A stretch of DNA of 48,758 bases, taken from the IMG/VR virus record IMGVR_UViG_3300029305_004819, positions 1 through 48,758 of that record, one strand, 5' to 3'. Positions 10,409 to 19,406 of this stretch are shown one piece after another (the first letter of the stretch is position 1; every line of letters starts with the position of its first letter). The position numbers and the translations under genes were made by a program. Origin of the DNA: a virus. The notes below the pieces were generated by a model, which did not search any database, was not told the DNA's origin, and saw nothing but the letters and a program-made list of their open reading frames with translations.

Positions 10409-10595
10409 ATGAACAGAGATATCAAAATGGAAATGTTTAAAGCAAATTTAAAACAATTTGAATTAGCAAGTTTATTATCAATGCATGAACGGAACATTAA
10501 GTAAAATGCTAAATCGAAGAGAATTAACAAAGGAAGAAAAAAGGAAAATATTAGAGGTAATAAAAGAAAGGAGAAATAAATATGCAAAACAGTAA
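10409..10595 (+). CDS. Small phage-type HTH regulator; requires +1 recoding at CGG codon 10490-10492
   Basis: Frame-restored product MNRDIKMEMFKANLKQFELASLLSMHE|GTLSKMLNRRELTKEEKRKILEVIKERRNKYAKQ (61 aa); good RBS AAAAGGAG. Confidence 0.7.
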
Positions 10596-10794
10596 AAAAA
10601 TTTTAAATATTAAAGAATTATCAGAATTATTAAATTGCAGTGTTAGCATGATTAGAAAGCTTATATATAACAATGAAATACCTTACTTCAGAATTGGAGC
10701 AGTTTATCATTTCGACTTAAATGTGATAGAACATTGGATTTTGGATAGGCATAATGATATTGAGATAGGAGGGCTTGAATATGCACATAGATGA
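10582..10794 (+). CDS. AlpA/excisionase-like HTH (helix-turn-helix_17 type) DNA-binding protein
   Basis: LNIKELSELLNCSVSMIRKLIYNNEIPYFRIGAVYHFDLNVIEHWI. Confidence 0.75.
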   Translation: MQNSKKILNIKELSELLNCSVSMIRKLIYNNEIPYFRIGAVYHFDLNVIEHWILDRHNDIEIGGLEYAHR

Positions 10795-12702
10795 AATAAT
10801 TAATAGATTTGAAAAAGTTAAAAAAATAGGGGACAAATCGTATCAATGTTTATGTAAAAGTCATGCAGACAAGAAATCTTCTTTAACAATAACAGAAGAA
10901 AATAATAAAATATTAGTTTATTGTCATGCAGGTTGTACAACTCAACAAGTGCTTTCTTCTGTTGGGTTAACTGAAAAAGATTTATTTAATAATGTTCAAC
11001 AAAAAACGCAATTAGTAGCAGAATATATTTATCAAGATGAAGAATGGAAACCTTTGTATAAAGTTATGAGGTTTGAACCTAAAAATTTTATGCAAGCAAA
11101 ATGTGTGAATGGAGAATGGGTATATAAAATGGCAGGAGTAAGATATGTATTATATAATCTGCCAAACGTAATAAAATCTGATGTAGTATATTTTGTAGAA
11201 GGAGAAAAAGATGCAGATAATCTTAATAAAATAGGACTAGTTGCTACTACAACTGTAGGTGGAGCATCAGGATTTAATAAGCATAAAGAAGAATATACAA
11301 AATTTTTAGAAAATAAAAAAGTATATATTATACCAGATAATGATATTGCTGGTAATAAATATGCTCAAAATGTATATAAAGCATTAAAAGGAATATCTAA
11401 AGACGTTAAAATATTAAATTTAGCAAATAAAATTATAGATTTAAAAGACAAAGAAGATATTTCTGATGTTCTAAATAGATATGGAAAGGAAAAAACCATA
11501 GAGATACTTGAAGAACTAAAAGAATGTTTTGATATATCTATTTATATTAAACAACATATTAATTTAGACATCATGAAAAATATATTAAAAGAGATGGGAA
11601 TCACTATAAAATATAATGAGATAACTAAGGAAGCTGAAATTAAAGGATTACCATCAAAATATTCTAATGAATCAGCTGAGGATATTCTTCCTGCTATTAT
11701 TAGTGATATCTGTATAAATAATGAAATTAGATATACAGATAAAGATATAAGGAATGAAATTCTATTATTATCTGATTCTAATAGATATAATCCTGTAAAA
11801 GAAATGCTTACTATGAATAAATGGGATGGAATAGATAGGTTTCCGGTATTATTTGAAATTATGGGTATATCAAATGATGCGTTTTCAAAAATACTAGTAC
11901 GCAAGTGGTTTCAGCAAACAACTATGATAGCATTTAATGATAGTGAAAAACCATTTGGTATAGATGGAGTGCTTGTACTTCAAGGTAGACAAGGATGTCG
12001 GAAAAACAAGGCTTATTAGGGGATTGGCACTATATCCAGCGTGGTTTAAAGAGGGAGCAGTAATAGATTTAAATGTTAAAGATTCTGTAATCGAAGCATC
12101 AAAAGGATGGATAGTAGAACTGCGGAGAAATTGATTCTACTTTAAAGAAAAGGCAATCTGCTTTAAAAGCTTTTCTAACAAATACAATGGATGAAGTTAG
12201 ACTCCCATATGCAAGAAAGAGTACTAAAAAACCTAGACAAACAAGCTTCGTTGCATCTGTAAATCCAGATGAATTCTTAGTAGATGATACAGGTAACAGG
12301 AGATATTGGACAGTTCCTGTAGATAAAATTGATAATGAAAGATTAGAAAGACTAGGTTCAGAATGGATAAAACAACTTTGGATACAAGCTTACAATGAAA
12401 TAAAAGATACTCCGCAAGGATTCAGACTTACTATAGAAGAAAGATTGGAGTTAGATAAAAGAAATAATGACTATTCTGAATTTGTTCCTTGCGAAGAAGA
12501 AATTACATTAAAAATGAATTTTGACAGTCAAATAAGAGAAAAATGGACAACCACTGAATTAAATGAAAAAATATTTGACAATAAAAGTTCAGCAACCCTA
12601 ATAGGAAGAGCAGTAACGAAGATAATGAATAAATATCCAGAAATTGTTTCCAGAGAAAAAACAAGAAATGGAAGGATATATATTTTACCTATAAGAAAGT
12701 GA
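10775..12702 (+). CDS. Toprim/VirE-type primase-helicase; requires +1 recoding at two CGG codons (11999-12001 and 12123-12125)
   Basis: CHC2-like CLCKSHADKKSSLTI..YCHAGC; Toprim EGEKDADNL..DND; restored LQGRQGC|GKTRLIRGLALYPAWFKEGAVIDLNVKDSVIEASKGWIVEL|GEIDSTLKKRQSALKAFLTNTMDEVRLPYARKSTKKPRQTSFVASVN. Confidence 0.85.
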
Positions 12703-13018
12703 AACTTGTGAACTTCATTTTATATATAAAAAAATATTTATTATATAAGTAAAGGAATAAATAATATTATTATAATATAGCAAAATGAAATTCATTACTT
12801 TCACAAATATAAATAGGGGGGAGTTAATTCGTATTTAGTGAAGGCTTAGTTCCAGAAATTTTATAAAAAAGTAAAAGGGCTAATTTTTATAATTAGTTCT
12901 TTATATCTATATTATCAAAAAGCGAATCATACAATATTTAAAAATAGTTGCAAAAAAAGTTTAATATGATATACTTAATAAGTATTAAATAAAATACGAA
13001 TGAAAAAGGGGGATAAAA

Positions 13019-13753
13019 ATGGAAGGAAAAAAAGAAATTAAAGTAAGTTTAGGAACAGTAATATGCATATTTATAATTATTATGTTGGTATTAGCAATTA
13101 TAGGAATAGTATATTATTATAAAGTAATGCCTATTAATAACCTAGAAAATAAAGAGATATATACTCCAAATGCAAGTATAAATAATACAGAAGTAAATTC
13201 TATAAAAAATAATGAACAAACTAATAATACTGCTACAATTACGGTTGAAGATGCTGTAAATTATGTAGATGGATACTATAGATTGTTTAAAGTGAAATTA
13301 CCTAAAGTAGTTGGAAATACAGATACAATTGAAAAACTTAATTTAAAAATATTAAATGAAGTTTTACCATTCACATATGCAGATGTAGTATGCCATGCTG
13401 AAACAGATAAAACAGCTATGGATAAAGGGTCTATATATGATTATAAATATAGTATAGATAATAATATTTTAGTAATATATGTTTTTTCAACTGTTCCAGA
13501 AGGTGGTTCAGTAATTCCAGCAACAGGTGGAGGATTAAACTATTTTTCTTACCATTATGATATAATTAATGATAAAATACTTTCTGTGGGAGAAACAGCT
13601 GAAATATTAAAATTGGAATTAGAAGGGCTAAAAACAAGTGACGGAAATAAAATAGAATCATATAAAGAATTAGATGAAAATTATTATATTATAAATATCG
13701 ATGAAAAAAACAATATAAAATTAATCAGCAAAAGAGAATTAGCAGGTCTTTAA
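13019..13753 (+). CDS. Membrane-anchored or secreted hypothetical protein
   Basis: N-terminal TM segment (LGTVICIFIIIMLVLAIIGIVYYYKV) and extracytoplasmic domain; 244 aa with clear RBS. Confidence 0.55.
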   Translation: MEGKKEIKVSLGTVICIFIIIMLVLAIIGIVYYYKVMPINNLENKEIYTPNASINNTEVNSIKNNEQTNNTATITVEDAVNYVDGYYRLFKVKLPKVVGNTDTIEKLNLKILNEVLPFTYADVVCHAETDKTAMDKGSIYDYKYSIDNNILVIYVFSTVPEGGSVIPATGGGLNYFSYHYDIINDKILSVGETAEILKLELEGLKTSDGNKIESYKELDENYYIINIDEKNNIKLISKRELAGL

Positions 13754-14124
13754 GAAATACCTCTTTTGAAAAATAGATTTGTCTAAAGCGGTAGGACAAT
13801 TTAACGCAAATATACTCTAATTATAAAAATTACAAAGGAGGATATAAAAATGGAGTAAATTATTACTCCATTTTTTAGTTTAATTTAAATAAAAGGAAAT
13901 AGTAAAATAAATAAAAAAATAAGATTATAAAAATATTAATATAAATTTATACAAATAAAAAAATTATGAAAATCATATATATCTTTTTGAAAAGTAGAGT
14001 AGGATAACTTATTACGGATAAATATAAGAAAAGGCTTAATATATAAGGTTAATGTATATTGGATTAAAAAAGTAATATTGAAAATAAACAATAAATAATT
14101 GCTTGTGCATTAATGTCACAAAAG

Positions 14125-14142
14125 AGTGACGAAAAAGTGACG
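14125..14142. promoter_or_regulatory. Putative right arm-type integrase binding repeat of element 1
   Basis: Identical to 3698-3715 in the same orientation. Confidence 0.55.
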
Positions 14143-14259
14143 GAATTTATAATAAGTTATGAAAAAGTATATAAAAATATAGTAGTTATATCCGTTATAT
14201 GCGTTGAAGCTGTAGTAGTTTATAGTAATATATAAAAACATATAAAAAGTGCCTTAATG

Positions 14260-14304
14260 CACTCATAACCCGAAGGTCGTAAGTTCGAGTCTTACCCCCG
14301 CAAC
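14260..14304. repeat. Attachment-site copy (tRNA-fMet 3' half) separating element 1 and the prophage
   Basis: CTCATAACCCGAAGGTCGTAAGTTCGAGTCTTACCCCCGCAACCA, 41/45 identical to tRNA 3605-3649. Confidence 0.9.
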
Positions 14305-14427
14305 CAAAAAATTAAAAAGTAGGTACTTTTACCTACTTTTTATTGTACCTTGAAAGCTAGTATTTTCAAGGTTTTTATAATTTTCTTAATTTTCAAATGT
14401 ATACAGAGTATTTTAAAAAGTATTGGT

Positions 14428-14450
14428 GCGACTGTAACTACGACTGTAAC
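14428..14450. promoter_or_regulatory. Putative arm-type integrase sites, prophage left end
   Basis: GCGACTGTAACTACGACTGTAAC, repeated in variant form at 48239-48260. Confidence 0.5.
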
Positions 14451-14454
14451 TTTT

Positions 14455-15641
14455 TTATACATTTAATAATAAATTTTGAGCTTTTAAATAATCAAAAGTA
14501 TTGTCTCGGTGTTGTTTTTCAAACTCATTAAATACATCACAATAAGTATCAAGAGTTGTCTTTATATCCGTATGACCTAGTATTTTTTGCAATACGTTTG
14601 CTGGCATACCAGCCTCAATACATCTAGTAGCGAAAGTATGGCGTAGCTGGTGCTGGTTTACATCATAACCTAAATTTATATTATATTTTTGACAAAGTCT
14701 TTTAAATGCCATATTAACTTGGCTAGTACTAACAAACGAGTTAGTATTTTTATGTGTAAACATCAAACCCTCGATATTATTTTGGGCGATATGCTCTTTT
14801 AGTACTTTTTCTATTTCCTCATTAAAATAAACAGTACGAGTACCAGCGTAGGTTTTTGTAGTTGTACCCATAATAGTACGGTCGTTTACATCTTTTGTTA
14901 AAGTACGAGAGATGTTAATACATTTTTTATCAAAATCAATATCGCTAAGATATAAAGCGTTGACCTCTCCGCATACGTAGACCGCAATACATAGATAATA
15001 AAAACTGAGTTTTATATAGTACTTTTTTCTCTCTATTTAATATAACGTCGATAAAATCTTTTTGGTCTTGAACTGTAAAGGCTTTTATTTTTTTGTTTGG
15101 TTTTACCGATTTTGGTTTTGGATACTCAAAGTTATCCTCAAAAAAGTTGTATTTTACGATATTCTTTTTAACAGCTATCTTAAAAATAGTATTGGCTAAG
15201 CCATAACCTTTACCTATTGTTGTATTGGAGTATTTTGTTAAATAGAATAAAAAATCTTTTACGTCGCTACCAGTTATTTTTTGTATCTCTTTTCTAGCTA
15301 TATAATGACCGTCTATTTGATGTAATATATTTAATTTTCTAAGGTAAGTACAGTCTATAATACGATTTAGTTTATACAACTCGTCGATATAATCTCTACC
15401 TAATTGATACATAGTTACCGTAGATTTACTAACGTAAGTATCGGTATTAAGTTGAGTTATCAATTTCTCCAGTTTGTTTTTTACCTCAGTACGACTGTTA
15501 CCGTAAATAGTCTTTTTAACTCTTTTACCGTTCCCCGTCGTTAAAAACCAAAGTATACTCACATACCCATTTAGTTTTACCTTTTATAGTACGTTTAAAA
15601 ATAGTACCCTCTCCGTTACCTCTTGTTCTTGTTTTTCCCAT
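14455..15641 (-). CDS. Prophage tyrosine integrase; requires +1 recoding at two CGG codons (minus-strand codons at 15530-15528 and 14971-14969)
   Basis: Restored product starts MGKTRTRGNGEGTIFKRTIKGKTKWVCEYTLVFNDGE|GKRVKKTIYG, then MYCGLRM|GEVNALYLSDIDFDKK...MGTTTKTYAGTR; C-terminal HQLRHTFATRCIEAG..LGHTDIKTTLDTY. Confidence 0.88.
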
Positions 15642-15797
15642 AAAAATTACCTCCTTTTTTAACAAAATACTTGTAAAAAGTAGGTATATGGGATATAATA
15701 ACTACATACAATTTACGTAAGTATTTTGTTTGCAAGGTTAAAGTGTTAGTCGTCCAAACTGATTTACTTTAACCTTTTGCTTTTATATTAAATTATA

Positions 15798-16638
15798 TTA
15801 AAATAATTTACGTCTTATTTCTTTAGCTACCCCTAATACTCTTACTGGTAGCTCTTTTATTTGTTTATTAGAGTAAAACGCTGGGTCATACTCGTCCTCA
15901 TTTAAAGGCTGTAAAATAATACCCGCCTCACTTTTCAATATTTTTTTAAATGTAACCTCGCTATCAACCATAACAGCACAATGTTGACCGCTTATACAGT
16001 CGGTACATCTCTCAAATATAACAACGTCTCCGTGTCTCATATTTAGGAGCCATACTGTTACCTTTAATAGTCAACGCAAAATATTGTTTATCGCTATTAA
16101 ACCAGTCGCTAGGTATCTCCTCGTAGTCGTCTATATACTCGATAGCCTCGATAGGTATACCAGCTGGTATATTTCCTAGTACTGGTACTTTTTTACTTGC
16201 CTCTTGGTGTTTTTTCAATTCCGTTAAATCTCCAGTAGATATATTAAAATACTCAGCTAATAATTTTATTTTATCGGGACGAGGATAATTTACACCATTA
16301 TACCAGTCGTTTACAGTAGAATAAGATAAAGATAAATCGTTGGATAAGTCGGTAACATTTTTACCTTTTTGCTCCATATAATATTTTAAATTTTGTTGGA
16401 ATATCTTTACCTCGTATGTATAATGTACTTTGTTTGTTAAATATTTATAGACAAACTTTTCATTATAATTATCGTGTTTATGTTTGTTGGCAAACTCAAT
16501 TAAATATTTAAAATATATTTCTTTATCTTCTTTTTTAGATAAATCTTGTATGATAAAATGCAATTTTGCGTAACGCTCCTCTCCAAGCTCTTTTTTTAAA
16601 TCGTAATTAAAATTTCTCCCCATAAAATTAACCCCCAT
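15798..16638 (-). CDS. Phage repressor, XRE HTH plus S24/LexA-type peptidase domain; requires +1 recoding at CGG codon (minus-strand codon at 16032-16030)
   Basis: HTH NVTDLSNDLSLSYSTVNDWYNG; restored YFALTIKGNSMAPKYET|GDVVIFERCTDCISGQHCAVMVDSEVTFKKIL. Confidence 0.88.
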
Positions 16639-16815
16639 ATTTATTGTAGTACTTTACACTACATTTACATTATAAACTACTTTACCGTTTAAAACAAGAG
16701 TTTTTTATAAATTTTTTTAAAAAATTACGTAAAAAACGAAAAAAGTTATAAAATCATATTGACTTAACGTTTAAACCGTGATATGCTAGTAGCGTAATAG
16801 AGAGGAGGGTAGCAA

Positions 16816-17052
16816 ATGGAAAAGCTGACGCTAAGGGCAATACGAGTAAATCTTGGCTGGTCTTTAGAAAAGGCGTCAACACTAATAGGAGTTAGTAAGG
16901 ATACCTTATCTAATTATGAGCGAGGAGATACTTACCCCGACGCATTAACCATTAAACGTATCGAAGATGTATACAAAATATCCTACGATAGGATAAATTT
17001 TTTACTCGACGATACCGTTTTAAACGGTAAAACTGAAAAAGAGGGGGTGTAA
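16816..17052 (+). CDS. Cro-like XRE family regulator
   Basis: LGWSLEKASTLIGVSKDTLSNYERGDTYPDALTIKRI; divergent from repressor. Confidence 0.85.
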   Translation: MEKLTLRAIRVNLGWSLEKASTLIGVSKDTLSNYERGDTYPDALTIKRIEDVYKISYDRINFLLDDTVLNGKTEKEGV

Positions 17053-17055
17053 AAA

Positions 17056-17325
17056 ATGAGTGTTAATATAGCACTAGATACCAATATAGACGACGAGTTA
17101 GACAAAATAAAAGAGTTAGTCAAAGGTCTAAACGAAATAAAGGAAAAAGCAAACCTTATACAATTTATTGGTATTAAAGAATTTTCCAATATGACGGGCT
17201 GGAGTGAGAAAACAGTACAAGAGTTATACAATAAGGCTGATTTTCCAAGTACCGATTTTGGAAAAGAGAAAAAAGCGGAGGTACACGCTATAATTGATTA
17301 TTTCAAAGTACCACGAAGAAAATAG
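17056..17325 (+). CDS. Phage DNA-binding/excisionase-like protein (DUF771-like)
   Basis: EFSNMTGWSEKTVQELYNKADFPSTDFGKEKKAEVHAIIDYF. Confidence 0.5.
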   Translation: MSVNIALDTNIDDELDKIKELVKGLNEIKEKANLIQFIGIKEFSNMTGWSEKTVQELYNKADFPSTDFGKEKKAEVHAIIDYFKVPRRK

Positions 17326-17348
17326 GACGACTAACACGGAGGGATAAT

Positions 17349-17594
17349 ATGAAAAAGAAAAGATTAAAAATTAAATGGGTAAATGTTATAAAACTAATTG
17401 TATTTATATTTTGTATATCAATGATACTACACGATATATTTATGCTTACAATATACGGCTGGGTAACTGGTAATTTATACGGCTGGACTTGGCTAGGTTT
17501 TATCACATTTATTTTATTTTGTAGTATTGCTGGTATGATTTATGAAGATTTTGAGGAACAAATAGAAAAGACGCCAGTTACTCGCAATAACTAA
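17349..17594 (+). CDS. Small phage membrane protein
   Basis: Two hydrophobic segments in 81 aa. Confidence 0.5.
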   Translation: MKKKRLKIKWVNVIKLIVFIFCISMILHDIFMLTIYGWVTGNLYGWTWLGFITFILFCSIAGMIYEDFEEQIEKTPVTRNN

Positions 17595-17658
17595 CGTCTT
17601 AAAAAGTATATTTTTAAAAGTATTTATCGTACTTTGAGTATAGCATACTATAAAAGGT

Positions 17659-17958
17659 TTGTCAAAGTTTGTCGAAAAAATGAGAGAAAAAAATATCGAG
17701 AATAAAATAAAAAACTATTTGAAATCAAAAGGAGCATATTATTTTAAACATCACGGTAACCAGTTTAGCCAAGTAGGAGTACCCGATATAATCGCTTGTT
17801 ATAAAGGTAGATTTATTGGTATAGAGGTTAAAAACGAAACTGGTAAAACTAGCCCACTCCAAGATATTAACTTAAAAATGATTAACGACGCTGGAGGTAT
17901 AGGTATAGTTGCTAGAAAAGTTGAGGACGTAAGTAAAGTAATTGATAACATTATATAA
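17659..17958 (+). CDS. VRR-NUC domain nuclease
   Basis: YYFKHHGNQFSQVGVPDIIACYKGRFIGIEVKNETGKTSPLQ. Confidence 0.85.
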   Translation: MSKFVEKMREKNIENKIKNYLKSKGAYYFKHHGNQFSQVGVPDIIACYKGRFIGIEVKNETGKTSPLQDINLKMINDAGGIGIVARKVEDVSKVIDNII

Positions 17959-19117
17959 ATATCAAGACGAGTACTTTAAACACGTTAAACCTAATTACAT
18001 CTACGATATGGATACTGGGACGGGTAAAACAATTATGGGGTTACACCACCACCAAACATATTTTAAAGACAAAAAGTTACTAATAGTAGCTCCAGCGTCT
18101 AAAATAAACGAGGGTGGCTGGCAACGTACCATAGAGGAACACTACCCACATATAGATTATGAAACGTGTACCTATAATATGCTAAGTAAAAAATACAGCG
18201 AGTATAAAGACTATTTTGTAATATTTGACGAGTGCCACCGACTTAAAAATAGTACTGGAGTTTGGGGTAAAGCTGGATATAATCTTACAAAAATAGCTAG
18301 TGGTTTTATCTTACTTAGTGCTACGTGTATACCTAATGGCTGGGAGGATAGTATAAATTACTTTAAAATGTTTGGACTAACAAAAAACAAAACATCATTT
18401 ATACGCAATAACGCTATCGTATCCTTAGATATGGGATATATGGAAATACTAGGCTGGAGAAACGAAACAAAATTAAAAAATATGTGGAAAACTATATCGA
18501 GGAGATTATCCAAAGACGAGGCTACTGATTTACCACCTTTAGTATTTGAGGAGATACACTTTAAAGCCTCTACAATATACAAAGTAATAAAAAAAGATAG
18601 AATTTATGACGATACCCTATACGATAATCAAATGAAACTACGACACGGTCTTAGACTTAACGCAAATTTAAAAAACAAAATTGACTACATAAAGGACTTT
18701 GTTGAGAGTACCAACGATAACATCATAATTTTTTACAACTATGACGAGGAGTTGGAGCTATTACAAGAAAATATAAGTAAAAAAACTTACTTATGTAATG
18801 GTAAAGTAAAAGATTATCCCAAAAAAAGCGAGTGGGATAGTATCAAAAATACTGTAACACTAGCAAATTACAAAAGCGGTAGCGAGGCGGTAGAGTTTAC
18901 ATACGCTAATATAATAGTTTATTTTAGCCCTACTGAGAGCTACACGGAGTTTTACCAAAGTTACGGTCGTTGTTATCGTAACGGTCAAACTAGGAAAGTT
19001 ACAGCCTATAAGTTTGTAACGGACAATACTATCGAGGCTGATATTTATAGAGCTTTAGATAGTAAACAAGATTTTAATTATAATTTATGGGAAAAGGAGA
19101 AATTAAAAAATGGATAA
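17942..19117 (+). CDS. SNF2/DEAD-like phage helicase
   Basis: MDTGTGKTIMGLHH (Walker A), VIFDECHRLKN, ILLSATCIPN; QSYGRCYRNGQTRKVTAYKF. Confidence 0.88.
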   Translation: MITLYKYQDEYFKHVKPNYIYDMDTGTGKTIMGLHHHQTYFKDKKLLIVAPASKINEGGWQRTIEEHYPHIDYETCTYNMLSKKYSEYKDYFVIFDECHRLKNSTGVWGKAGYNLTKIASGFILLSATCIPNGWEDSINYFKMFGLTKNKTSFIRNNAIVSLDMGYMEILGWRNETKLKNMWKTISRRLSKDEATDLPPLVFEEIHFKASTIYKVIKKDRIYDDTLYDNQMKLRHGLRLNANLKNKIDYIKDFVESTNDNIIIFYNYDEELELLQENISKKTYLCNGKVKDYPKKSEWDSIKNTVTLANYKSGSEAVEFTYANIIVYFSPTESYTEFYQSYGRCYRNGQTRKVTAYKFVTDNTIEADIYRALDSKQDFNYNLWEKEKLKNG

Positions 19118-19406
19118 AGATGTTAAAGATATGTTAAAAGATTTATTAAACAAAATGGGGGAAAAATTAGAAAAGGTCGAAAAAGTAGACAGTATGATAA
19201 GTGAGGCAATAAATGAGCCTTGTAAAATATGTATTGATAAAAAAGAAAACGGAGAGGCTTGTTTAGGAGTTGAGGGTAGTAGACTAGCTTTATTAGTTAC
19301 CTTAGCTGGTATGGAAAAAAGCATATTAAACAAATTAGACTGTGATAATCAAGAGTTTAGCTTTATTAAAAGTATGGTAGGTACTAAGGAGGGCGACAAT
19401 GAGTAA
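19110..19406 (+). CDS. Hypothetical phage protein
   Basis: 98 aa ORF in tight operon. Confidence 0.4.
   Translation: MDKDVKDMLKDLLNKMGEKLEKVEKVDSMISEAINEPCKICIDKKENGEACLGVEGSRLALLVTLAGMEKSILNKLDCDNQEFSFIKSMVGTKEGDNE

Larger units (their letters stand above)
3649..14304. mobile_element. Small integrative/satellite-like element 1 in the tRNA-fMet gene
   Basis: 45 bp direct repeat of the tRNA 3' half at both ends (3605-3649 and 14260-14304), tyrosine integrase, HTH/excisionase-like proteins, primase-helicase, no virion genes. Confidence 0.8.

Noticed and set aside
14260-14304. Second tRNA-fMet gene
   Set aside because: Only the 3' half is present; no 5' acceptor, D-arm or 5' side of the anticodon stem upstream, so it is an att copy.
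10409-16638. Treating the split integrase, repressor, primase and HTH genes as ordinary pseudogenes
   Set aside because: Not formally excluded, but every lesion is the same change (extra C before a conserved GG codon, creating an otherwise unused in-frame CGG, always on the coding strand) with no other stops or shifts, which random decay would not give. A systematic sequencing error would not be expected to follow gene orientation.
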